64,000 bases of DNA from Macrostomum lignano (lineage: Eukaryota). The first letter of the stretch is position 1, and every line of letters begins with the position of its first letter. Below the pieces are notes generated by a model. The model saw only the letters and a list, made by a program, of their open reading frames with translations. It was not told the DNA's origin and made no database searches. The position numbers and the translations under genes are program-made. This document shows, piece by piece, positions 1 to 12,500 of the stretch. The stretch covers positions 1 to 64,000 of the forward strand of contig NIVC01003891.1 in assembly GCA_002269645.1 (NCBI GenBank). The letters run 5' to 3'.

Positions 1-283
1 GTGCTGATCGCGGTTCACTCGCCCGGAATTTCAGCCCGGATTTTGTGCTGATCCGTTCACTCGCCTGGATCTCACCCGGAACAGTCACCGGATTTTTTTT
101 AGCGATCCGGGTCTATTTCCGGAATTTTTCTTTTTGAATCCGGAAATTTCGCCGGATTCTGTAAACTTTCGTTACAGATCCGGAATTTCCACCCGGATCA
201 GATTGCATTACTGGAATAAGAAAAAATTCCGGGTGAACGCAAAAAATTCCGGCGAAAATTCCGGTGAAAAGTTCCGACGGGTA
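1..283. mobile_element. Probable terminal/subterminal region of a non-autonomous DNA transposon (CCGGA-rich subterminal repeats), cut by the window start
   Basis: Many short repeats (aattccgg/ccggaatt, gtgctgatc..ttcactcgcc twice) end at ...ttccgacgggta, directly before a GATA microsatellite. The other end is not in the window. Confidence 0.4.
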
Positions 284-284
284 T

Positions 285-440
285 AGAAATAGATATAGAG
301 AATAGAGAATAGATATATAGAGAATCCATCGATAGATTGATTGATTGATAGATAGATAGATTAGATAGATAGATAGATAGATACTGGTAGATAGATAGAT
401 AGATAGATAGATAGACAGACAGATAAATAGATAGATAGAT
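285..440. repeat. (GATA)n microsatellite
   Basis: Direct reading of the sequence. Confidence 0.95.
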
Positions 441-528
441 TATATTGTATAGTCAATCTCTAGAGCGTTATGGACAAGCAAACATACAAACCTTAGAGAT
501 TTAGTATATTAGATTATATTGTATGGTC

Positions 529-828
529 AATCTATCTATCTATCCATCTATCTATCTATCTATCTATCTATCTGTGTCTATCTATCTATCTATCCATCTA
601 TCTATCTATCTATCTATCCATCTATCTATCTATCTATCTATCTGTCTATCTATCTATCTATCCATCTATCTATCTATCTATCATCTATCTATCTATCCAT
701 CTATCTATCATCTATCTATCTATCTATCTATCTATCCATCTATTTATCTATCTATCTATCTATCTATCTATCATCTATCTATCTATCTATCCATCTATCT
801 ATCTATCTATCTATCCATCTATCTATCC

Positions 829-860
<32 letters not shown>

Positions 861-959
861 CTATCTATCTATCTATCTATCTACCATCTATCTATCATCT
901 ATCTATCTATCTATCTATCTATCCATCCATCTATCTATCTATCTATCCATCTATCTATC

Positions 960-990
<31 letters not shown>

Positions 991-1044
991 CATCTATCTA
1001 TCATCTGTCTATCTATCCATCTATCTATCATCTATCTATCTATC

Positions 1045-1075
<31 letters not shown>

Positions 1076-1081
1076 CTATCT
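529..1081. repeat. (TATC)n microsatellite
   Basis: Direct reading. ORFs 519..1088 and 523..1122 are repeat artefacts. Confidence 0.97.
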
Positions 1082-1083
1082 TG

Positions 1084-1492
1084 CCTGATGACACAGGTAA
1101 AATAGGAAAGAAGTGCCTGTAAATGACAAAAAAAGTACGAGACGTCACGGTACAAGTCGCCAAAAAAGTCGTCACAGAGTCACCTAAGAGTCACATTTTA
1201 GAGTTTTCTTTCCTGCTCTTACTCTGAATCGAGTCTGGGCAGTAGATTCGTATCCAAGGCGTGCCGGAGTCGCTGAGTTGCGTCTGAAGCACATTTGCGT
1301 CGCTTGATGAATTTGAGTCCTTATCTCTAGCGAAAGTTAAGCGCCATACACAACGATTCTTGACGACTCTTTCGCGACTTTTTTTACGATTCTGCAACTC
1401 GGGTGACACAATAGGTCGACCAGAGTCGCTTAGAGTCACTTAGTAAGCGGTTTGCAATGATTTTTAGCAATTCTTGTCACGGGTTAGTCTGG
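1084..1492. mobile_element. Dispersed MITE-like repeat, copy 1 (related copy at ~11971-12350)
   Basis: Start gatgacacaggtaaaatag.aaagaag and internal blocks (gtcacggta.aagtc, cttgatgaat.tgagtc, aagttaagcgcca, acgactcttt, tacgattct.caact) match 11971-12350. Weak TIR: cc(t/a)gatgacac versus gggttagtctgg. Confidence 0.7.
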
Positions 1493-1494
1493 AT

Positions 1495-1557
1495 CAAGGG
1501 GCGGCCCTCAAAGCCTCTCTATCTGGCCCTTGAGGTAAAAAAGTTTGCCCATCCCTA
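1495..1557 (-). mobile_element. 63-bp internally deleted hAT (Charlie-like) element with 8-bp TSD
   Basis: Direct repeat GTCTGGAT at 1487-1494 and 1558-1565. Minus strand starts tagggatgggcaaacttttttacctcaagggccagatag, resembling Charlie/MER58-type ends. Confidence 0.75.
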
Positions 1558-1706
1558 GTCTGGATAGCGATTTCCCGTGTTTTGAATAGACCAACAGGTT
1601 AAATTTCGTTTTGTCCGCGAACCCTGACTCAACCCTCCTATGAGCTGTATAGATGATGAAGTGCAGGAATCTGACCACGAATTGGCAATCGCTTGCCGCC
1701 TCCCAG

Positions 1707-2993
1707 GTGTCCAGCTCTGCGGACGCCGCTGTCCGCGCCGATTCGCCGGCGCCGCGCAAACTCGACAGCCAGCCAGTTGACGCCAGCGCCGCCGCCGACC
1801 TGGTGGCCATCGCCTGTCGCCAGCATCTGGTGTTGCTGCGCTCACCGGGCGCCGTTGTTGCCACGGTAGCCGCTTCGGCTCTGACCTGCTGCGCTTTGTC
1901 CCCGGACGGCGCCACTCTGGCAGTTGGCGGCGCCGACGCTAAGGCGCCAATTCGGTTGCTATCGACGCCTCAGCTGGCCGAGATTCAATCGGTGGCCGAG
2001 CACCAGGCCGAGGTGACGGCGCTGGCCTATTCGCCCGACGGAGCCAATTTGGCCGCCGGATTTGCCGACAGATACGTGCGCGTCTACTCCGTTGCCAATG
2101 GTTACGGGCTGGCTAACACTGAGGAATGGTGCTTCCACACGGCCAGGGTGAACTGTTTGGCTTGGACACATGACTCTAAATATTTGGCTACCGGTTCTCT
2201 GGACTGCTCCATCATTGTGTGGAGTCTGGACTCGCCTAGGAAGAGAATTGTGGCTAAAAGTGAGTGGCGTTATTGCTTTCTGGGTATTTTTGTATATATT
2301 AGTTACTTTGGCGTAACTTCACTAGCTGTTGGCTTTGGCATTAGCTTCAGTATTAGCTTTTGCATTAGCTTCAGTATTAGCTTTGGCATTAGCTTCAGTA
2401 TTAGCTTTTGCATTAGCTTCAGTATTAGCTTTGGCATTAGCTTCAGTATTAGCTTTTGCATTAGCTTCAGTATTAGCTTTGGCATTAGCTTCAGTATTAG
2501 CTTTTGCATTAGCTTCAGTATTAGCTTTGGCATTAGCTTCAGTATTAGCTTTTGCATTAGCTTCAGTATTAGCTTTGGCATTAGCTTTGCATTAGCTTCA
2601 GCATTAGCTTTTGCATTAGCTTCAGTATTAGTTTTTGCATTAGCTTCCATATTAGCTTTGGTATTAGCTTTGCATTAGCTTCAGTATTAGCTTTCGCATT
2701 AGCTTCAGTATTAGCTTGTCATTAGCTTCATTATTAGCTTTGTCATTAGCTTCAGTATTAGCTTGTCATTAGCTTCAGTATTAGCTTCAGTATTAGATTT
2801 TGCATTAGCTTCAGTATTAGTTTTTGCGTTAGCTTCAATATGAGGAAAACATCGGCAGTTATTACATCCATCCCATCCCGCAGACGCCCACCCGATGAGT
2901 CAGATCACAAAGCTGACTTGGATTGACGCCAATCACTTGGTCTCAACTGGCCAAGACTCCAACATCAAGGTGTGGAATGTGTCCTTCGACTAG
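1707..2993 (+). CDS. WDR1: WD repeat-containing protein 1 / actin-interacting protein 1, last two exons (1707-2259, 2884-2993); upstream exons lie before the window
   Basis: WD40 repeats including WCFHTARVNCLAW and GSLDCSIIVW. The GT-AG intron 2260-2883 joins in phase to give K-N-AHPMSQITKLTWIDANHLVSTGQDSNIKVWNVSFD*, a typical AIP1 C-terminus. Confidence 0.9.
2333..2838. repeat. 12-bp minisatellite (attagcttcagt/attagctttggc) filling the WDR1 intron
   Basis: Direct reading. Confidence 0.95.
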
Positions 2994-3615
2994 ATCCATT
3001 TATTAAACAAATTTTTGCGCTTAAGCATATTTAAACTGGAACTGTTATGCTGGCAAAGTTTTTCTGTGACTACAGCAATCCAGATTCTATTGCTACTGAA
3101 GTTCATTAATTAATCAACGGTGGCCAGCTCTTGCTCACGTGTGCTACCCAGTGAGACTGTTGTTATTTATATCTATTCAATATAATCCAGTTTTGCCAAC
3201 CTATTTTATTGTTGTTAGTGTATTGTTGGCACTAGAGTACAAGTAATACTTGCATGCAATTCATTGTTACACGGCAAAGCCTTATTGTATTCATATCTAT
3301 GAATATGTTTTCTGCAGACTGGGTCATTATTCAAGCCTAATTATAGTTCTTTATTTATACATTTACAGTAAAACTATTTAAAAATCACTTTCTACTTCTG
3401 ATAGATCGATTCTTGATCGATTTTTTCAACTTTTTACTAAATTATTCAATCAGTCAGTCGCTGTTTCTAAAAAATTAACAAATTCTCCAATTTTTGTTAT
3501 AGTTGCACTATCGTTTGTTTGTTTAAATTCCGCCGCTATTAGTTGAAGTTTTTCAATAAACAAATCGGTTTTTATTAATCTGAATTCTGTTTTTATTCTG
3601 ATTTTTACTTAAGCC

Positions 3616-4090
3616 ACCTAGTTTGGACACAGTTTGAGACAGGTGAGCTGAGACACATAGTTTGGGACATATGAGCTGAGACACCTAGTTTGAGACAGGT
3701 GAGCAGAGACACCTAGTTTGAGACAGGTGAGCTGAGACACCTAGTTTGAGACAGGTGAGCTGAGACACCTAGTTTGAGACAGGTGATCTGAAACACCTAG
3801 TTTGAGACAGGTGAGTTGAGACACCTAGTTTGAGACAGGTGATCTGAGACACCTAGTTTGAGACAGGTTATCTGAAACACCTAGTTTGAGACAGGTGAGC
3901 TGAGACACCTAGTTTGAGACAGGTGAGTTGAGACACCTAGTTTGAGACAGGTGATCTGAAACACCTAGTTTGAGACAGGTGATCTGAAACACCTAGTTTG
4001 AGACAGGTGAGTTGAGACACCTAGTTTGAGACAGGTGATCTGAAACACCTAGTTTGAGACAGGTGATCTGAAACACCTAGTTTGAGACAG
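3616..4090. repeat. 28-bp minisatellite (acacctagtttgagacaggtgagctgag), ~16 copies
   Basis: Direct reading; lies between WDR1 and ETHE1. Confidence 0.95.
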
Positions 4091-4347
4091 TTGGCCCTGT
4101 TGGTGTGAATGCCAATTTTTGTGCGCAAGCCCCAAATTAATGTGGCCGAAAACCAGGGGTTCACGGCGCCAGAGCCAGACGTGCTTACCGCTGAGCAGCT
4201 CTGCCCCGATTGCAAAGATCAAGGGCTGCGGCAGGACGCACCAGCTTGCTGTTAGATAAGCTTGGCTGGCAAAGCACTATAAATTAATAAAGGCACGAAT
4301 TGTGGGCTCAACATTGCAGCCTGTGCTCAAAAACTGCCCTTGCCGCC

Positions 4348-5447
4348 ATGCGCCTGTTCCGCCCTCAGCCTCCTGCTTGCCACTCGGCGCTTCTGCTCAG
4401 GCGGAGGCGGCGGCAGCGGCAGCGATCGCATCATATTTCGTCAGCTATTCGAGCCTAAGAGTTGCACCTACACCTATCTGATTGGTTGCCAGGCAACGCG
4501 AAACGCTGTTTACATTGATCCGGTCATTGAAACAGCCGAACGCGATGCCAATTTGGTTAAGCAGCTGGGCCTGAATCTGGTGTACGCCATCAATACGCAC
4601 CTGCACGCTGATCACGTGACTGGCACCGGCCGACTCAAAGCGCTGCTGCCTGGCTGTCGTAGCGTTATTTCCGGTGCTTACAAAGCCAGAGCTGATGTGC
4701 ACATTGAGGACGGGACCAAGGTGAGATCTCCCGTTGTCAGCCTAGTCTCTGGGCTAAGATTAAGCCTACAGTAGAGTCTGCCACAAACAGTGCAGTAGAG
4801 TCTGCCACAAACAGTGCAGTAGAGTCTGCCACAAACAGTGCAGTAGAGTCTGCCACAAACAGTGCAGTAGAGTCTGCCACAAACAGTGCAGTAGAGTCTG
4901 CCACAAACAGTGCAGTAGAACCCCCCTTTGAATAGTTCCAGAGAGTTAGAAATAAATTTCTCAACAGCAGCGTTAATCATCACAAAGCGGAAGTTGCGCT
5001 TTTTGTCCTACTATCAGTAGCTTTCATCGCCCATTTTAACATCCGCAGATTGACTTTGGCCGACTGCAGCTGGAGACGCGGTCAACTCCCGGCCACACGG
5101 ACGGCTGCCTCACCTACGTGTTGCACAGCCACGCCATGGCTTTCACAGGCGACGCGCTTCTCATTCGCGGCTGCGGCCGAACCGACTTCCAGCAGGGCTC
5201 GCCTGATCGCCTGTACGAGTCGGTGCACAGCCAGATATTCAGCCTGCCTGAGCACTACCTGCTCTATCCTGCTCACGACTATACGGGTCAGTCTGTCACC
5301 ACCGTAGCCGAGGAGAAGAAATACAACAGCCGGCTGACCAAATCCAAAGCTGAATTCATCAATATTATGAATAACTTGAACCTGCCCTATCCTAAACAGA
5401 TTGATACGGCCCTGCCGGCCAATATGATCTGCGGAATGCAGGACTGA
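4348..5447 (+). CDS. ETHE1: Persulfide dioxygenase ETHE1 (exons 4348-4720, 5049-5447), with an apparent 1-nt insertion near 4363
   Basis: IFRQLFE..SCTYTYL, THLHADH (HxHxDH), [40 protein letters not shown]. Phase-0 GT-AG intron 4721-5048. The only nearby ATG (4348) is one base out of frame. Confidence 0.92.
4769..4918. repeat. 24-bp minisatellite in the ETHE1 intron, ~6 copies
   Basis: cagtagagtctgccacaaacagtg repeated. Confidence 0.95.
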
Positions 5448-8400
5448 GTGAGGCCGGATTGAATGATTTCATTATTTGTTGTCATCTTTCATCTCACCAA
5501 AGCAGGCTGCGTGCCCGGGCTCACTAGAGAAGTGTAGATCGAAGGATGAGAAGGGAATACAAGAATTCAATCTGTTAACAGAAACTTTTGAGCACAAGGA
5601 TTCTGATTCAGAGCTTAGTTTTTATAGAAACAGAGTACCCGGTGTCCTTAATAATTACAGCTGTAGTGGTTGTTGTCGCGGTTCAGCAAGTTTTAGTCAC
5701 TTCACATCTGTCTTAAAAAAGGTTTCCGAGGACGCCGTCAATTGAACAAAGTCAATGTCAAAGTCAAAGTCAATAACAAAGTCAACATTCGCTCCCAAAG
5801 TCCCTTACAACTGAGATATATCATTAGTGTCTGGTCCCTGTCAGAGGCGTCGCCATGGATTTTATGGTGGAGGGGACAAAGCCAGGAATTCTACATGTAC
5901 ATGTACATTATTCTCAGAATCGGTGGTGTTTTCATAATTCTAGATTTTTTAAATCTGATATGGTACCTGACTGACTTTTTGCATGTTTCTAATTAATTGT
6001 GCTTGTTTTTTTCAATCAAGTCAAAATGATTATTTATACTAGTTGCTAGAGCTTTGCTATTGAAAATTCAGATCGCGCAGTGAATATAGAGTTCTCTGCT
6101 CTGTTCCTCGTGTCAAATCAGAAATCACCGATGTATCGCTTCCTGTTGAAAATAATTGATGTTATTGTACTTATACACACAATTGGTCTGATGCTGCTGC
6201 GTCCGCATTCACAATAAATATACTCAATTGTTTGTTTTGATTTCATATTGTTTAATTGAAAACCGATCGATTGATTTAATAATCTATAAATTATATAAAT
6301 GTGTAACTTTTTAGCTTTTCAGAAAAGGGAACTAATCATCAGGCTCTATAAATGTACGAGCTATATCAACGGCATCTCATTTTTCATTTATACATATTAT
6401 ACAGTAAACACGAATTAAGCTATTTAACCTGTAATTGAGATGTGGACTAAAGTCAGCTCCGCCCATAAACAGTCAAATGAAGACGACTTCCAATATCATT
6501 TTAATTAACTATCGACATCATTAGTAATACAAATCTACTCAAGCTCTGATACGTATACCAATAATACCATTATGATGGCATGCATATGTTGCAAACCGAT
6601 GTACAGCTCAAGGTAGCCGACCAGCTCATTAATTTATTTTAGCGAGTTAATTCCAAAATATATATATTGTCTAAATATATATAGACAAAATATATTTGTT
6701 TTCAATTTAAAAATACTTTACCGGAGCTCAGATAGTATTGTATAGGGCCAAGGGGTCTCCAGATTTTGAATTTGTTAGAATTTGATTGTTGCACATGAAT
6801 AAAATTTAAATATAAAGTAAATAAATTTGACTATAGATCCGAGTACGTTCTGCGCAAGTTTTTGCTTTTCACTGTGTTAATAGGGCTATTCATTCTTTCT
6901 TAGAACAATACCCGATGTGGTCACCAATGCTGTTACATGCACTTACACTATACAGCAATCGTTTATATTTATAATATCTTAACTTCTTAAGAGCTTTCGA
7001 CGTTGGTTGATATATAAGTTATGTATAAGTTATAACTACACGATTACATTAGCCTTGAACTTGGCTATTTTTTGTACGCCGACTGTGTACACTTCATGTT
7101 GAACCTGAAAATTCCATACGCCAAGTCGTGTACGTCAAGATTGTCAGCGAGAGCAAAAATACGCCGGAATTTTCCGGCGTAAAGGCCACCTTCCAGACTA
7201 TGGGCTATTAGTGCTCTTAGTTTTTGTATTTCATTTTCTTCTACTCTACTAGTAACTAGTAGTGTCTTATATGTTTCTGGTAGCATTGTATTATGTTTTA
7301 TAGGCCCCTAGGCATAGCTGTATGGCTATGGCTCCAGTGAAATTTTATAAGTTATTTTTTAGTAGGCCTAGGTTAATTTTTCTAGCAATGGTGGCCTAGT
7401 AAATTATTAATAAATTAATAATATTAATAAATTATTTTGATCTGTTTTCTTTATTTTTAGAATAAATTAGGGCCTATGGCTGGATAAGATTAAGCATGTA
7501 CTACTATTTACATTACTATAGTACCTTCTAGGCCTACCAAGTTGCAGCTATTAGCCAACCTCTAATACTTAGAGTTAGACATCACCTACTGCAATCTAGT
7601 ACTTATAATAGTATATAGATACTATTACTAATTCAATTATATAATCAGTTTGCCAAAATTTAATCAAATACTAAATCGTAATTATAGGCCTACTGATTTG
7701 GGCTTCAATAGTAGGGACTCTAATATAGTGAATACAACCTATTTCAACAATATATTAATAGCCACTTCAGTAATTCTAATTGCCATTTCTTGTAATATGT
7801 GCTAGGGGTTAGTTTCTTTCCCTACAAATAATTCCACAATGTCACCAAAGTTGTCATAGGGCTTAATTTCTATTTTTATAAATTTTGGTAGCTGCCACCA
7901 AGACTATAGTATATTCTATTAATAAATAATGAGTTTATTAATCTTAAAATAAGTTTGAAAAATGTTTTTATAATAAGTCTAAGTACATATCTGAGTATTT
8001 GTCAAAATATATATTTGAGAATTTGTCTGAGTATAAAGAATACTATTTAGCCCTTACAAGTATCATTCTCCTGTTATTCCAGTAGCATTTACTATTTTCT
8101 AGTAGTGTTCTATTAATAATTTGGCCTGAATGGTATATTTCTTTCTTAAGGAACCAGGATGCGCAAGGTTTGTATCTCCTCCTTCAAAAATGCTTCTGTT
8201 TATACTAAAATTTACTGCTAGTTTAAACAAAAATAGTTTGCATAAAATATTATTAAAAATACGTATAGTATAACAAATGTGTTTTCCTAGATTTGACATG
8301 CATTCAAAATGAGTTATACAATTACCAATGTTATAAAATAATCAGGAGGGGCCCTGCACAAATAACAAAAAAATGACCATTGGTAATTGCCACTTCAATA

Positions 8401-8929
8401 ACAAAGCAGATTCATGACTGTCAAATTTGAAAGCAAAGAAAATTAGGCCTAGGCCTAAGCAAAGTACATTTTGAAAATTAAAATTTTATAAGTAATTGAT
8501 GAAGAAGAAAGTAGATTCTGTAACTCAGAGATTCTAATGTTTAAAATATTTGGTCAATTTATAAGACATCTTTTGTAGCTAGTATATGCATCTGGTACAC
8601 TCAGTAATTTAAAAATATTTGTTAAAATACTTAAACAAATTGTTTTCTGCATAAATAAAAATCTCTCAAAGTGTACAAGAATATATCTTAATTATTTTTT
8701 GTTTTTCCTTCAAGTTCATTTGCATATTCTTTTGGAGTATATTAATAAATATATACTATTATCAGTGTTATTCTCATTTGTTATCAAAATGGCTATTATG
8801 CAATATGCAACAACTATTTTTTTTGTCTTTTAGGCTGTGTAATAGAACCAATATATGTATTTAAAAGATTTCAATTTTTCAATAAATTATGCAAGTGCAC
8901 ATGCACAACCTTGGGAATCACTTGGTTGT

Positions 8930-9000
8930 TTCTATTGGCAACACACACATGTAAATTGCTATTGGCTGAGAACAGTCATGTGACTACTATTCCATCCAAT
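8930..9000. promoter_or_regulatory. Possible CCAAT-box/E-box cluster ~600 bp upstream of eIF6
   Basis: Two tattgg motifs, gtcatgtgac and ccaat within 70 bp. Could equally be transposon-derived. Confidence 0.25.
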
Positions 9001-9598
9001 GCCTTACTATACTGAGATTAGCAAAATATTTATCTTGTATTGTGGCATAAAGAAGACACAAAAAAGCAAGTATAAAAATTACAAGGTAAAAGTACAATTA
9101 AACTAAAGTTTACATTTTAATTATTAATAGCTGATCAAAATAAGATAGTGACAAAATCGTTTTGTCCAAAGTAAAGTTAAATAAGTCTTGAAACTTGTGT
9201 AAGTTACAAAATTGATGACCAAAGAATAAAAAAGACAAGAATGGGCAGAAAGGAAAGAGGGGGAAGCAGTACAGGGAAGCTAGAAAGTGTTAAGCCAGTT
9301 TAAAAACTTAAATGGCATTTTTAGTCAAATATAACTAATTTGCATAGACAGTGTAATTTCAATGCTGTTTAATAGTTTCTTTCTACATTATTAGTTAGCT
9401 AGATAAAAAATTGTGAAATAAAAATCTCAATTGGTCAGAAAAACTCTTTTTAACCTTGATTTCTCACTTGGTGGTTGGCTTTGCCAGTTCCTGTTTTCTT
9501 TAATTTCATTCCAATATGCAAATAGTTAGCATAAAGTCTGTGGTACTCTGTGTTTTCATTTTTCATGTAAATTTTGTCATCTAGCAAAAAAGTTTTTA

Positions 9599-12500
9599 AT
9601 GGCTGTCAGAACCGACTTTGAGGGCAGTAGCGATGTTGGCGTTTTCGCCACCCTGACTAACAAATACTGCCTGGTTGCTATTGGTGGCTCCGAGAATTTC
9701 TACTCAGTATTCGAAGGCGAACTCGAAGAGATTCCCGTGATTCACACCTCCATTGCCGGGATTCGCAGCATTGGCCGGATGACTGCCGCTAACAGCCATG
9801 GCCTCATTGTGCCATCCAATACCACAGACCAGGAGCTGCAGCATCTGGTCAATTCTCTGCCAGATGGTGAGTCTGTGCAATAATGCCATTTGTCATTTTT
9901 AGCTGTGCAATAATGCCATTTGTCATTTTTAGCTGTGCAACAATGCCATTTGTCATTTTTAGCTGTGCAACAATGCCGTTTATCATTGTTAGCTGTGCAA
10001 CAATGCCGTTTATCATTGTTAGCTGTGCAACAATGCCATTTATCATTGTTAGCTGTGCAACAATGTCATTTGTCATTTTTAGCTGTGCAATAATGCCATT
10101 TGTCATTTTTAGCTGTGCAACAATGCCATTTGTCATTTTTAGCTGTGCAACAATGCCATTTGTCATTTTTAGCTGTGCAACAATGCCGTTTATCATTGTT
10201 AGCTGTGCAACAATGCCGTTTATCATTGTTAGCTGTGCAACAATGCCATTTATCATTGTTAGCTGTGCAACAATGTCATTTGTCATTGTTAGCTGTGCAA
10301 CAAAGCCATTTGTCATTTTTAGCTGTGCAACAATGCCATTTGTCATTTTTAGCTGTGCAACAATGCCGTTTATCATTGTTAGCTGTGCAACAATGCCATT
10401 TGTCATTTTTAGCTGTGCAACAATGCCATTTGTCATTTTTAGCTGTGCAACAATGCCATTTGTCATTTTTAGCTGTGCAACAATGCCATTTGTCATTTTT
10501 AGCTGTGCAACAATGCCGTTTATCATTGTTAGCTGTGCAACAATGCCGTTTATCATTGTTAGCTGTGCAACAATGCCATTTATCATTGTTAGCTGTGCAA
10601 CAATGTCATTTGTCATTGTTAGCTGTGCAACAAAGCCATTTGTCATTTTTAGCTGTGCAACAATGCCATTTGTCATTTTTAGCTGTGCAACAATGCCATT
10701 TGTCATTTTTAGCTGTGCAACAATGCCGTTTATCATTGTTAGCTGTGCAACAATGCCATTTGTCATTTTTAGCTGTGCAACAATGCCATTTGTCATTTTT
10801 AGCTGTGCAACAATGCCGTTTATCATTGTTAGCTGTGCAACAATGCCATTTGTCATTTTTAGCTAAGCAACAATGCCGTTTATCATTGTTAGCTGTGCAA
10901 CAATGCCATTTGTCATTTTTAGCTGTGCAACAATGCCATTTGTCATTTTTAGCTGTGCAACAATGCCATTTGTCATTTTTAGCTGTGCAACAATGCCATT
11001 TGTCATTTTTAGCTGTGCAACAATGCCATTTGTCATTTTTAGCTGTGCAACAATGCCGTTTATCATTGTTAGCTGTGCAACAATGCCATTTGTCATTTTT
11101 AGCTGTGCAACAATGCCATTTGTCATTTTTAGCTGTGCAACAATGCCGTTTATCATTGTTAGCTGTGCAACAATGCCATTTGTCATTTTTAGCTAAGCAA
11201 CAATGCCGTTTATCATTGTTAGCTGTGCAACAATGCCATTTGTCATTTTTAGCTGTGCAACAATGCCATTTGTCATTTTTAGCTGTGCAACAATGCCATT
11301 TGTCATTTTTAGCTGTGCAACAATGCCATTTGTCATTTTTAGCTGTGCAACAATGCCATTTGTCATTTTTAGCTGTGCAACAATGCCATTTATCATTGTT
11401 AGCTGTGCAACAATGCCATTTGTCATTTTTAGCTGTGCAACAATGCCATTTGTCATTTTTAGCTGTGCAACAATGCCGTTTATCATTGTTAGCTGTGCAA
11501 CAATGCCGTTTATCATTGTTAGCTGTGCAACAATGCCATTTGTCATTTTTAGCTGTGCAAAAAAGCCATTTGTGATCATTGAAGAGTGAAATTATGACGA
11601 ATACAAAACTACCAGAGCCCTGTCTGTCCTCATCTTCAGGCGTTGTTGTCCAACGCGTTGAGGAGCGCCTGTCGGCCTTGGGCAACATAATCGCATGCAA
11701 TGACTATTGTGCACTGGTTCACCCGGACTTGGATAGAGAGACAGAAGAAGTGATTGCTGATACGCTCAAGGTAAGTTGATACTTTTAGTAGCTTATTTAA
11801 ACAAAAAAATTGATAGGTTTTCAATATTTTTTGTAAAGCATCGGTACGTAGAACGATAAGTTGAGCTTTTAACTTATCGATTTGAAACATTGACTGAACG
11901 TGCTACTTGCAGTAGAAGTATTGAGGTAACCCGATGAAAGCGTACGCTCGTACCTACGCCAAGAAGCGTCCCAGATGACACAGGTAAAATAGAAAAGAAG
12001 AGACTCCAAATGACTCTAAAACAACAATATGTCACGGTAGAAGTCACATTGATGCGATTTATTGTCTGCGACTCTGTGGCCGTTAAAGCGCACTTGCATC
12101 GCTTGATGAATCTGAGTCACATCTCGGGCGATTCAACGGCGTTCTCCAGTCGCTGAAAAGTCGCAGAAGAAGCGCTTGACCGTCACTGTAGAATCGTTAG
12201 TGCGTCACTTCTGAGACGCTCTGGATGTGTTACAGAGTGAGGGTTGCCGTTGACCAATCAACATCAAGTCTAGCGTACTCAGTAGTAAGTTAAGCGCCAA
12301 CATAACGACTCTTTAACGACATTTTCGTGACCCTTACGATTCTACAACTGACGTGATGCCCTTGTGACTCAACAGGTAATGGAGACATAATTGACAAGCT
12401 ATCAATTTCCCAATAAACCAGGTGGAGGTGTTTCGCCACTCAATCGGCGAGCACCTGCTAGTTGGCAGCCGGTGCGCCCTCACCAATCGCGGCGGTCTGG

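Noticed and set aside
4320-4347. Spliced-leader AUG supplying the ETHE1 start
   Set aside because: Joining an AUG at the 4319 acceptor gives the wrong frame and stops early. No SL RNA gene was recognised in the window.
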